The notes under the pieces: generated by a model
What the model saw: the letters and a program-made list of their open reading frames with translations, nothing else
Databases searched by the model: none
What the model was told of the DNA's origin: nothing
Program-made: the position numbers and the translations under genes
Shown: positions 1 through 10,400 of the stretch, in pieces
Position numbering within the stretch: the first letter of the stretch is position 1
Layout of the letters: each line of letters begins with the position of its first letter
Origin: Psammoneis japonica
Lineage: Eukaryota
NCBI GenBank assembly: GCA_008632985.1
Contig: QPGO01000016.1
Coordinates: 62,001-86,642, forward strand
Length of the DNA stretch: 24,642 nucleotides
Direction of reading: 5' to 3'

Positions 1-2215
1 CAATGCTCTTCGTTTTCGCAGGTCTCATTGTCGTAGCTGATTCATCCCTCACAAGCGAAGACACGGATTGACCAAGGAGATCAAGCAACCGAAGCTCTGT
101 TGCGCCCTTGACGAAAGTGTCTTCTGATGAGGAGAGACGCTCCAAAGCACTTCTCAAAACTAATTTTGCTCGAGAGAAGTGTCCTGGCGATACAAAGAAT
201 GGCATTCCAACATGAGTGAATCTCTGACGATTGCCATCCATGGTAGAGACTGCTTTCTCTCCATCGTTGGATATAAGCCTAAATACGTCGTACACAATGG
301 GATTGTCTCCGCAATCATTCGCATATTGAATGCTGCCATCATCATAGAAGGAGACGTCCGACAATCGGAAAAACATTGCCTCTCCCAGATCGGCAGCCTG
401 CTTTGCATTACGATCGGAAATTTCATCGTACGTACACAACTGACCGTACTTGGACAAGGCTTGAGCCGCCGGAAGGGTCGCAGTCCTTTCTGCGTGACTA
501 GCATACTCTCTGGCGGAAGCGCTCAGAGGGATGCGTTGGGAGGCATCTCGGAGAACTGCGTCGATTCCCACCGAACCAATGTGGCGGGTGTCGCCGTCTT
601 TTTCTTCCTCAAAGTGCCCGAGAGCATAGGAAAGACGATTCCTTCTCGTATCCAATTCCTCCAGCCGCTCCAGCAGCAGTGCTCGGCCACGAATGCGAGC
701 TTTTGGATTGGTAGCCTCGTCCAACACTGGCTGACAAAGCACTTTGACTCCGGCCAAACGCTCGCGAAGCATACAAAGTTCAGTCTTTGTGGGATGTCCG
801 CCAGAAAGATCTCGAGCGATTTGACGCAACTGCATTTCTCCCCAGTCTAAACGAAAGAGACGGCCCTCGAGTGTGTCTAGATCCACAACGACGGCCTCAG
901 AAACAGCGACTGAGCCATGAAGAACGGTGCCTGAACCGTCGTCAACCGTGACAACAACCTCGTCTGAGGTCGTCGCAAGAGGGGAAATTCCTAGCTCCTT
1001 CTGAAGCCAAATTTCGTATGTAATGCGTCCCTCTGCTTCTAAAGCTGTACTTCTTGGTATTGGTTCTGCGAGAGACAGGCCTTTCGGTAACGAAGTTACG
1101 CGAATAGAACAAAAGCCAGAGCTTTCCAGTAAATCGACCAGTCCTCCCGAAAGCCATTCGCTCAGTACTTCTTGTCGGTTTATGTAGTAGTACCGATCGC
1201 TGAGATATTGGCACTGCGCCGGATTGTGATGTTCACCAAAGGCAGCAATGCAAGTGTAGTGTGCGCGACAATTCAAGCCAGTCAAAAAGGACTGGAAAGC
1301 ATCACCGGCCGCTCGAGCCTTGTCGGTAGCAGCTTGACTGGTGTACCCCATAGGAGCAGCCGATGTGTCTTGACCATCTGTAAACAATAGCGTCGTCACA
1401 TCAACGGCACGGACCGCCACTTCCTTATCATAAAGCTTGTCAACCTCACGTTGAATGCATTTCTGGGCAAGTTCAAACGCCTTTTTAAAGTTGGTAAGTC
1501 CGGTTGGAGAAAATTTGGTCCTTAGTAGGTTCGACAAGTCAAGCACAGTTCGAGGTAGCGTCACCTCGGTTGCATCCGTATTGTAGACAATGGCAATCAG
1601 GGAAACGTACGGGTCTCGTAGAGTCTGATCGGTAAACACTCTTGCAAGTGCATCCACAACGAGAGGCCACTGCTCTCTCATGGAGTACGAGTTATCCAAA
1701 ATGGCTGCGAGTATCTTGCGGCGACGACAACCACGTTTAGCACCTCCAACCTCATCATTGGACGGGAATTGCCCACGAACGGCGCAACGCACAATGGCAC
1801 TGTAGTCTCCACCTCCCTGGCAAAGTGAAACGGTGCAAGGATGTACCTGTTTGTTATCGTTGCTGGAGTTTGCCTTTTGTCCAAACGATGAACGATCCTT
1901 ATCGTCGCGAGTATTATTTCCACCAGAGCTTGTTGTACTTGCGACGGCGGCAGCTCCCGCAGGTGGAGAAGATGTTTGAGAAGAAGCAACAGTAGTAGCT
2001 GAAGAGAGTCGGAGCTTACGAACGAGTCCTCGTGCTACCGCGGCCTGAACGGCGTCTCCATTGGCATCGAGTTGACCCTGTAAATCCCCCGCCTCAATGT
2101 CCTGGAGGTATTCAAGTCGTCCAGAACAACGCGACGCAATCAACTCGTGAAAGCATGGTTCAATATCCAGCTGCAAGAGCAGCTGTTTGAGATCTTTGCT
2201 TATTGTCAAAGTCAT
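1..2215 (-). CDS. von Willebrand factor A (vWA) domain protein with a possible N-terminal SAM-like helical domain; 3' end lies outside the window (>738 aa)
   Basis: Manual translation from ATG at 2215 (MTLTISKDLKQLLLQLDIEP...) stays open to base 1, so the ORF track omits it. MIDAS motif ILDNSYSM (~1679-1700), GLTNFKKAFELA (~1465-1500), TTLLFTDGQD (~1367-1395) and IAAFGEHHN are typical vWA elements. A Ser/Ala/Gly-rich linker precedes the domain. Confidence 0.85.
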   Translation of the reverse strand, partial: MTLTISKDLKQLLLQLDIEPCFHELIASRCSGRLEYLQDIEAGDLQGQLDANGDAVQAAVARGLVRKLRLSSATTVASSQTSSPPAGAAAVASTTSSGGNNTRDDKDRSSFGQKANSSNDNKQVHPCTVSLCQGGGDYSAIVRCAVRGQFPSNDEVGGAKRGCRRRKILAAILDNSYSMREQWPLVVDALARVFTDQTLRDPYVSLIAIVYNTDATEVTLPRTVLDLSNLLRTKFSPTGLTNFKKAFELAQKCIQREVDKLYDKEVAVRAVDVTTLLFTDGQDTSAAPMGYTSQAATDKARAAGDAFQSFLTGLNCRAHYTCIAAFGEHHNPAQCQYLSDRYYYINRQEVLSEWLSGGLVDLLESSGFCSIRVTSLPKGLSLAEPIPRSTALEAEGRITYEIWLQKELGISPLATTSDEVVVTVDDGSGTVLHGSVAVSEAVVVDLDTLEGRLFRLDWGEMQLRQIARDLSGGHPTKTELCMLRERLAGVKVLCQPVLDEATNPKARIRGRALLLERLEELDTRRNRLSYALGHFEEEKDGDTRHIGSVGIDAVLRDASQRIPLSASAREYASHAERTATLPAAQALSKYGQLCTYDEISDRNAKQAADLGEAMFFRLSDVSFYDDGSIQYANDCGDNPIVYDVFRLISNDGEKAVSTMDGNRQRFTHVGMPFFVSPGHFSRAKLVLRSALERLSSSEDTFVKGATELRLLDLLGQSVSSLVRDESATTMRPAKTKSI

Positions 2216-3118
2216 GGTTGTTATTTCGATTGGTTGTAGGTCATTCCCAAGTAGTGCGATTTCGATCGAAACTGTTGTGTTGCATTGAAGTTTGTGAAAG
2301 AAGTGTAAAGTGCGCAAATCGAGATTTCAGACGTGCGTGTGCAAGCATGATTCAGCATTCATTCACCGTAGCACGACTGATGATGGCACATCATGTTGTT
2401 TATTCAGACGCGACTCCACGTTTTCAAACGTGTGTATTCGTCCGCAATGTGGGCACGCTTTTCACACTGCTTCAGCATGCGATGCACGTGGTGTGCTGTG
2501 TCGTGAAAATTCACGCCAATCTCCGACGACTATCCAACGCATCCGCATCCGCCGATTTGTACAAAGAAACATTCTACCATCGACAAGGTGAGTGCAGATA
2601 GACTGATGAAGACTTATTGGACATCCTCAATCGAACATCCTGTGCTCAGTGCAAACTCTCCATTCTGGACAGTGCCAATTTATTGACGGGCGCAGTCGCA
2701 TCCGATGCCATGGCCGCCATCTTGGGAGTCTGCTTTCTGCTTCTGCCTTATTGTGCACGCACACTTCTACCGTATGCTGCCTACACCAATACGGACTACG
2801 GACGTGCGCACTGCTCGTGAATCATTTATCATCCATCCCCCGTGCGGTCCCTGGTCTGTGGAAATGGCGGGTTGCTGCTGAATGACGGGATGGTGCGAGT
2901 CCAACTCTCGATGCAGCTTTCATTGATCAGAGGGCTTAGCACTGGCTCAGCAACAAGAAAAGGATCTTGCCGTCCACATTTCCGGGTCATTCGAAAGAAC
3001 ATAAAAGATGGTTTGCTTGCTGCTCTAGCTGGCTGGCAGCAGCAAAGCAGAAACTGCACCATGACCAAGGACGAGGCAGAATGCTTGCAAGAGGCAACCA
3101 CTGTTGAAAGGAGAAATC

Positions 3119-4765
3119 TCAGCCAATGAAGCATTGCAGTTCATTTTGCTCATTGTGTGAGTGTTTGCCATTGCAGGGCCACACATCGAACTCGATGCTT
3201 GCCTGATGATTCTTGTGGATGGCGTTGCAACATTTGCACACGTCCCCGATGCTGACAACAGAACAGTCGAGGTTTCCATCTCCACAGCCACTGTTCTCAT
3301 GATGCCACAAGTCAAACTTGAGTGGCCCAGCACCGCTTTCCACAAGAGAATCAAAGTCCTGCGGTGACACACAATTTCCATTTTGAAGCTTGGATGCATT
3401 GATGAATGACAGATTGCCACACACTCATCTCGCCATTCCAAGATCCACACTCAGCACCAGAGTGTGCCAGTGAGCAGCCATTGAAACACCACATTCACAT
3501 GGAGCAGCAATGTCCTTTTCTGCTTGGTGTTCCTGATCATGACCATTTGCGAACATTGCCCAGCCACCATCTTGAACACCAATGTCCAATGCTTGGCCAC
3601 AGCAGACAGCGGATCAGCAGCAGCTCCAACATCCCACATGGGAGGATTGATGGGATGGCAGCCATTTTGAGCAAGACCTGCATTCTTGTGTTCCTCACAA
3701 GAAGCTCAAACTGCAGATGTGACTGTTGCAATGGAAGAGTCGCAGTTGGGGAGGACAGGGAGTTCAATGGTGGGATTGGGTGCAGAAGGCTTGGGAGTGT
3801 TGTTGTCATTGCATCCAGGAAAGTCGCAGCATCCCAAGCCAGCTTGCATCCATTTGGCATCACACATGGCAATGAGGGCATTGCAGAATGCTTGACATTC
3901 CATGGAATCTCCAAAGTGGAAGAAGTGGTGGCCATTGATCACATTGCCACTCATCTTGCAAAAGCACACATCATCAAATGCGAGACTTGTTCCTTGAGAG
4001 ATGAATGGGTCCGACTCGGCCTTGCATGTGCCAATCATTGCATTGGCACAGTGTTTTTCTTGGTGCAAAGGAAGATGTTTTGCAACTTCAATGAGGGGTG
4101 CTTCAAATGCAGAGTCAGGATCGGCATCGCGACAACTGGCATCACCAACTGTGAATTCGGTGACCCCGACATCACTGCATTCCTTGTCACAAACCTTGCA
4201 GATGACTTTACCTTTGTTGTCCTTGTCCATGTCAAGACAAGTTTCACCCATGATGTGCTGCATGTCAAAAGACATGTCAAAGCCACAGTTGTGCTGGAGC
4301 AAATCATTGTCCTCCAACGCGTCAATGAGAAGTTGCAAGTCAACAGCCTTGGATTTGGCGGGGCAAGAGAATGCCAAGTCATCAAAGGAGTCAAAACAGG
4401 CTGATGCAGTCACAGTTGTGCTGCAGCTGTCTCCTTCAATGCATCCAAGATGACAAGCCGCGTGTCAAGTCATGTTGGTCATGTTGACTTCAAACTTGGG
4501 ATTGGCAGCGAATGATGGTTCACAAGCTTTTGCACTTCCTTTTGCAAGACCAGTGCACTTGAGACAGGGCTTCTTGGGCTTGAGCACTCAAAAGGTGATC
4601 CAATGGATGGAACATGATGAGAGAGAAGTTTGTTTGTGAGTGAGCTGTGGCAAGCCACTTCATTCTCACTCTTGTCCAAGCATCGTCCAAGGACACTTTC
4701 GTTGATGCCTTGAGCAAAGGAAGCATCATTGTGGTTGCCAACACAAAGATGGTGGAGATCTTCAT
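3119..4765 (-). pseudogene. Decayed gene for a secreted, acidic, Cys-containing protein (family not recognised)
   Basis: Signal-peptide-like start MKISTIFVLATTMMLPLLKA at 4765, followed by collinear minus-strand fragments 3706-4413 and 3119-3424 with protein-like Asp/Glu-rich composition. These are interrupted by stops and frameshifts and contain no Tyr. Confidence 0.45.
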
Positions 4766-6589
4766 GACGCTGCCAAAGTGCTTGTGTTTCATTTCAGTTC
4801 ATGTTTTTTGTGTCATGATAAATGCCTGCAAGTTTGTTGGGTTCTCTTTGCTGTTCTCATTGCATGTTTGCTTCCGCACTTGTTGGTGGCACTCGGCACT
4901 GCTTCACAGTGCTTTGTGGGGTGCGTGGCGACAGCATGCCTTCCTCATGTTTTTTGTTTTTTGTCTCAGCATGCATGATGCATGATGCAAAAAATGGTGA
5001 TGCAGTGGCATCAGCAATCCAATGATGCCACAGAGGGAGAGCACATTTCTGCATGACACATGAGGAAATGGATCTTGGTTTTGATGCACCACATGGAGTG
5101 CCTGAGCACAATTGTCCGGGCAGAGACAAGAATTCTGTGATGAGGTCTCTGAAAGCACTCACTCAATCAAGTCATTCTTGACTGCATGAATGGCATTGGC
5201 GTGTGTCTCCAACAGTTTCATCAAGTTCGCCAAATAAATGACAAGGGTGCAAGAGTCTGTTTTGAAGCTTGGACACTTGCTGTGTCCCTGGAGCACTTTG
5301 CTTCATCCCACCAGCCACCACCACACCAGGTGGCAGTCCTTGGTGCAAGGTTTTGGAGACCTCAAGCACTGCTCAACTTTGTTGAGACTTGAGCAAGGGC
5401 AACTTGAGCAAGGACACCTGCATTGAAACACAATGATGGCTCTCCATGCTGTGAGAATTGCGGCCCCCCACCTTTGTTCATTTTGCTTTGTCAACTCCTT
5501 GCTCATTTTGCAGTTGTTGCCTGCTGGACTCCAAGGTGCAGCAACTTGCATTGCATGCTCAATGAGAAAGCCACTTGAATGATTTTTTCTCTCAGAAGCT
5601 TGAGTCAAAGCCATGCACACCGCTGCTCTAGAGTGGAGCGCAACTCCAAAACCAGTCGATTTGGTGCAGCCATGACCAACAACAACAAAAACTGCTTCAG
5701 TTGCTGGCAGTGTTCCCAGCCGTGTGGTGCAAGATGAGCAGAAGCATTTTAAATGAATTGCTGACATTAACTCAAGATTGGAGTGTGGCCACACCATGCT
5801 CTCCAGTGGCTGAAAAGACTCGCCGATCATTTTGAAGTGTGCCAATTGTCATTGTGGGTTCTGCTGGGTCAAAAAAGAAAAAGTGTGCATGACAGCAGAA
5901 GAAACTGTGGCTGGTGTTGTTGCAATCTGATCTTTGAGCTTGTGCATCTCATGGGTGCATCAACCTTGAAGTTGGATGTGTCCAAGCTCTTTTTGGCCTC
6001 CACTGCTGTGTGGGCACAACTCCACATTGAAACATTGTTCTGATGCTCATTGATTTTCACAACCAATGTTGTCTGCAGCAGTGGCACCTTTCATCTTGAT
6101 TTGTTGTGGCAGGTGCATGCAGAAATTCTTTTTTTTGCATTGGCGCACAGCAGCCAGCAACAAACATTGTCACCCCCCCAAAAAAGGTTCAAGATGAAGC
6201 ATCACAAAAACATCATCAAGATCAGACACAATGACATTTTCTTGCTGAACAGCTTAAATTCTGCCAAGTTCACTTCTGCTCACCTGAGAACTGCTTGCAT
6301 CTCAGAAAAAAAGCTCCCAGTGCAAGAGAATCTGGGATGGAGCCACGCGATTCAGCTCCTGTGTAGAACAGGTTGAGTGAGCTTTTGCATGCACTGTGCC
6401 CGTGGCTGGCAGAGCAAGAGCAGTGGCAAGAGAACTGTGGATTGGCTGAGAGGCAAGAGAGGTGGTCATGAGAAATGGAGTGCTGCATCATTCAGCTTCC
6501 TGTGTTGTCGCTGCTGAGTCACCCAAGAGAGGGAGTTGATGAAACAGCCAAAACACAACTGGCCAACTGGCAGTGTGCATTGCCAAAAC

Positions 6590-8430
6590 AATGCACCAGA
6601 TGAGCCTTGCAACACTCCACCATTGTGTTCCCTGGGTTCCACCAGAGATTGTTGCACTGGTTGGTTGGTTGTGTCATGGTGTTCTTTCTCTGAGGAGACA
6701 GGAGTTTTTCTGCTCTCACTCTGGCACAGCTGAAGTGACTGGCTGGTGAGCACCACTGCATGCTTTTCAAAACTCCACCACCACCCTCAAAGTGTCCTCA
6801 GGTCTTCCCCTGCAGATCTTTGATGCCTTTGGCCTGCAGCTCATGGGTTGGTTGGTTGCATCAAGAGGTGCCCTTTCACTCTGGAGCAGGCAGGAATTTT
6901 CCTCCTCTCATTTTGGCATGAATTGAGTGTCTGGGAGCTGGAGCTGCAACAGACAAGCCTTGCAACACTCCACCACTGTTCTCCAAGTGTTCCCTGGGTT
7001 CCATGGGAGACCTTCAACAATGCCCTCAGAAAGCAGTCATTTGGTTGGTGGGTTGCATCAGGGTGTCCATTCACTCTAGAGCAGTTTGGCAGTTTTTCAG
7101 CTTGTCTCAATCTGGCATGAAGCAAAAGTGACTGGGGGCTGCAACTGCACCAGATGAGCCTTGCTGCACCTGAGCACCAATCTCAAAGTGTTCCCCAGGT
7201 TTCACTGGAGAAATTCAATGCCCTCCAGCCTGCAGTTGTTGGGTTGGTTGGTTGTTGCGCCACCAGGGTGTTCTTTCTCTGAGCAGTTGTTGGGCTTTTC
7301 TGCTCTCACTCTGGCATGCACTCAGTGGTTGGTGGCAGCATGCACACCAGATGGGCCTTGCAACACTCCACTGCCATTCTCACAGTGTTCCCTGGCTTCT
7401 TCTGAAGAGCTTCAGTGCCCTCAGCATGCAGCAGTTGGGTTGGCCAGTTGCATGATGTGTTCTTTTTCTCTGAAGAGTCAGGAATTTCAGCTCTCACCAC
7501 GTCATGGAGTGAGTGACTGGGGGCTGCACTTGCACCAGATGGGCCTTGCAACACTCCACCACCAATCTCACAGTGTTCTCTGAGTTCATGTGAAGACCTT
7601 CAATGCCCTCAGCCTGCAGTTGTTGGGTTGGTTGGCTGCATCAGGGTGTTCTTTCTCTGAAGAGTCAGAAGTTTTTCTGCTCTCACTCTGGCATGACAAC
7701 TGCACCAGATGAGCCTTGCAATGCTCTGCCGCTGTTCTCAAAGTGTTTCCTGGGGTCCACAGGAGACCTTCAATGCCCTCAGTTTGCAGTTGTTGGGTTG
7801 TTTGGTTGCATCAGTGTGACCTGTCACTCTGGACACAGGAGTTTCAGCTCCTCTCACTCTGGCATGGATCAAGCAATTGGTGGCTGCATCAACTGTGCAA
7901 GATCAGCTTTGCAATGCTCGCCACTTTTCTGGGAGCATTCCTTTGGTTCCAAGGGAGCATTTCAATGCCCTCAGCCTGCTTTTGTTGGGTTGTTTGGTTG
8001 CACCAGCATGTCCTTTCACTCTGGAGTTAGGAGCTTCAGCTCTCACTCTGGCATGGACAACTTGGTTGGTGGCTGCAACTGCACCAGATGAGCCTTGCAA
8101 GAGTGCTCCACCTCTTTCTTCAAAGTTTTTTTAGCTCCACAAGAGACCTTTGGTGCCCTCAGTTGCAGTTGTTGGGTTGGCTGGTTGCACAAGGGCCATC
8201 TTTCATTTTGGATGCAGCAGTTTCAGGTCTCACCCTGGTGTGGATCAAGTGATTGGTGGCTGTGACTGCACCAGGCCCAGATGAGCCTTGCAGTGCTCCA
8301 CCACTGTTCTCAAAGTGTTCCCTCAAATCCACAGGAGACCTTCAATGCCCTCAGTCTGCAGTTGTTGGGCTGTTTGGTTGCGTCAGTGTGGTCGTTTCAC
8401 TCTGGAGTCAGGAGCTTCAGCTCTCACTCT
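6590..8430 (+). repeat. Tandem array A: ~10 diverged units of ~170-200 bp
   Basis: Anchor CCAGATGAGCCTTGCAA-like motif recurs near 6597, ~6765 (degenerate), 6950, 7150, 7347, 7535, 7705, 7900, 8084 and 8277. Each is followed by CTCAAAGTGTTCC...CTTCAATGCCCTCAG...GTTGTTGGGTTG...CACTCTGG. Confidence 0.9.
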
Positions 8431-8767
8431 TGCTTGCTCTTTAAGCTGACAAAAGTGCTTTTCTTGGCACTCTCCTCCTCCCATTGGAGGGTCACCATTG
8501 GGCAGAAGACAGACCTCCCACACATCACAGATGGTCAACCTCTTGAAACAAAGCTTCAATGTTCACACACAATGACTAAAATTGCAACATGCTTCTTCCG
8601 TGAGATGACCACCATGACTCAGAAGAAATGGAGCATCCAAACAAAGAAGGGGCAGACCATCTGGGCTCAACCTCAGACACACTCCTCCACCCCTCCTTGA
8701 TTTGGAGACATTCAGTGAAAGACGAGTCTCACCCTGGACATGTGTGCCACCCAAGTCTGGAACAAGT

Positions 8768-9225
8768 CAACAGCATTGCATGCTCAATCCCAAAGAAGCG
8801 TGGCAAGGTTGTCAATTTCCACAATTTGGCAGCACAAGAAAAAATGGACCTTGCAACCAATCAATTTCAACAAGGAGTGTGCAAACGTCTCAGCATGTGG
8901 GCATGAAGAACTTTGCTGATCGCAACAACAAAGGACATGAGAGTGTGAGTCATGTGCCAAATCTTGTCCCATGCCTCCCAAAGGAAACCACTGATGATTT
9001 GGTTGTGGCTCTGCTTGCCATGAAACATGTGCATGGCAGGAGATTGACAAAGGCAATGAGCAGTGCAATGAATGTGCAATCACAATGGGGGCAATGGCAT
9101 CAGCAAAGACAGATTGGTGACAACAGTGTTTGTTTCACCAAAAGTTGAAATTGTGTGGTGAGCAAGATGGCCATTCATTGTTGAGGCTGGCACCATTCTT
9201 TGTGAATGTGCAGAGAGACTGTGCC
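8768..9225 (-). pseudogene. Hypermutated paralog of the 5' region and upstream sequence of the gene at 15282-17518
   Basis: Aligns by eye with 17197-17662. GCTCAATCCCAAAGAAG..GTCAATTTCCACAATTTGG matches GCTCGATCCCAAAGAAG..GTCAATTTCCATAATTCGG, and TTGAAATTGTGTGGTGA is shared. Confidence 0.85.
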
Positions 9226-9493
9226 AACCACAAAAACCCATGGAATGCATTCAGTCACTTGCAGGCTCTGGGCAGAAACAATCAAAGGCCGAGACTGATG
9301 TGAAATGTGTCCACAATGAACATTGGCCATTTCAGAGCAATGTTCTCTGCAGGTGCAATGAAGTTGAGAAATTCAAGGTTGCTTCCACAGAGCCCAGCAT
9401 TCCACTTGCTGCTGTGATGTGTGAAACACTCAAGTGCACTTTCCCATGTCACACTGGGCTGCACTCAAAGTCCAAGCTCATGCATCAATCTGA

Positions 9494-10400
9494 GTGGGGG
9501 AGACTGAGGTTTGTCATGCAGTCAAATCTTGGAACACAGGCACAGACGGGCTTGGCATCGAGGAGTTCCACAAGCTTTTTGGTGCCCACACTTGCTCCTG
9601 GCAGCAGAATCACCTGGTGGAGACCAACAACCTTGGCCATGACACTCTTTTCAGGATCAAGAAAGGCAAGGATGGATCTTTGACATCAAAGCTCATTGTT
9701 TTTCACATTGAGCAGGCTTTTGACTTTGTGGCACAGCACCATGGACACACAGGTGGTCATCTCAAGTTGGGTCACACACTCAATGACATGAAGAAGAAAA
9801 GTTTTGCAATGTCGCAGAGATGCTGGTTTCTCACTTGACCTTTGCCCCACTTGCAGCAGCAAGGTGCAGCCATCTGTGGCAAGAGCTCAAGGTGCTTGAG
9901 TCCCTGCCATGAGATCATGAGCTCCTGGAGTTTCCAAGACCATTTCCAGAATGACTGGATGGGTTGCCAAAAAAACTCACACCAGTTTTGCCATGGGACC
10001 CTGACCCCCCAACCATGAAGTGGCCTCATGGCTTCAAAAGATTGCTGCACGAGATTGATCTGAACTGCAGGTTGCTGAGGAGTTTTTTGCCACACTCACT
10101 CTTTGACCAGCTGCTGCTTTGTCAGCCACACAGACAAGAACAAGAAGGAGTTCACAGCAGAGCAAGTGACCAAAGACATCCAGGAGCTCAGCCCGTGCTT
10201 CAGCACTGTCCAGGTGAGGCACCAGGGGTCATCTGTCAAGCACTCCAACTGTGTCCAGTCAAAAACAGCCATTGCTTTGCCAGTGAAAGAGCAGCACTGC
10301 AATGACATCTCTCAATGCAACAACCGACAAAGGCAAAAATGAGTGCTCATCTTAATTTCATGTGTTTCACATGGAACCCAACGAGCTTCTGACCACTGCT
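9494..10400 (+). mobile_element. Degenerate Ginger/KRBA2-SCAND3-like DDE integrase (transposase) remnant
   Basis: Across frameshifts: HHCC zinc finger (FDFVAQHHGHTGGH ~9720-9760; LDLCPTC ~9834-9854), first catalytic-Asp region SWSFQDHFQNDW (~9923-9958, cf. F(R)D(R)FQxD), MKW/LMASKDCCTRL (cf. KW..KDH.T), second Asp HTDKNKKEFTA (~10127-10160, cf. HTDNGKEF), and RHQGSSVK (~10217-10240, cf. QGSVE). Confidence 0.7.

Noticed and set aside
179..850. 223-aa plus-strand ORF and other short ORFs within 1-2200
   Set aside because: Shadows of the long minus-strand vWA gene.
3406..4404. 332-aa plus-strand ORF and the dense set of Cys/His-rich ORFs in 3-11 kb and 17.7-19.5 kb
   Set aside because: Explained by loss of TAA/TAG stops in TA-free DNA; no recognisable motifs. 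Not metal-binding proteins.
5170..6150. Possible DIRS-type RNase H motif (VVVGHGCTKSTGFG) on the minus strand
   Set aside because: Catalytic Asp absent and no supporting RT or RNase H motifs; too weak to call.
6590..8430. Arrays A and B as CRISPR or as coding repeats
   Set aside because: Whole ~190 bp units are homologous with no unique spacers, there are no cas genes, the context is eukaryotic, and frames shift between units.
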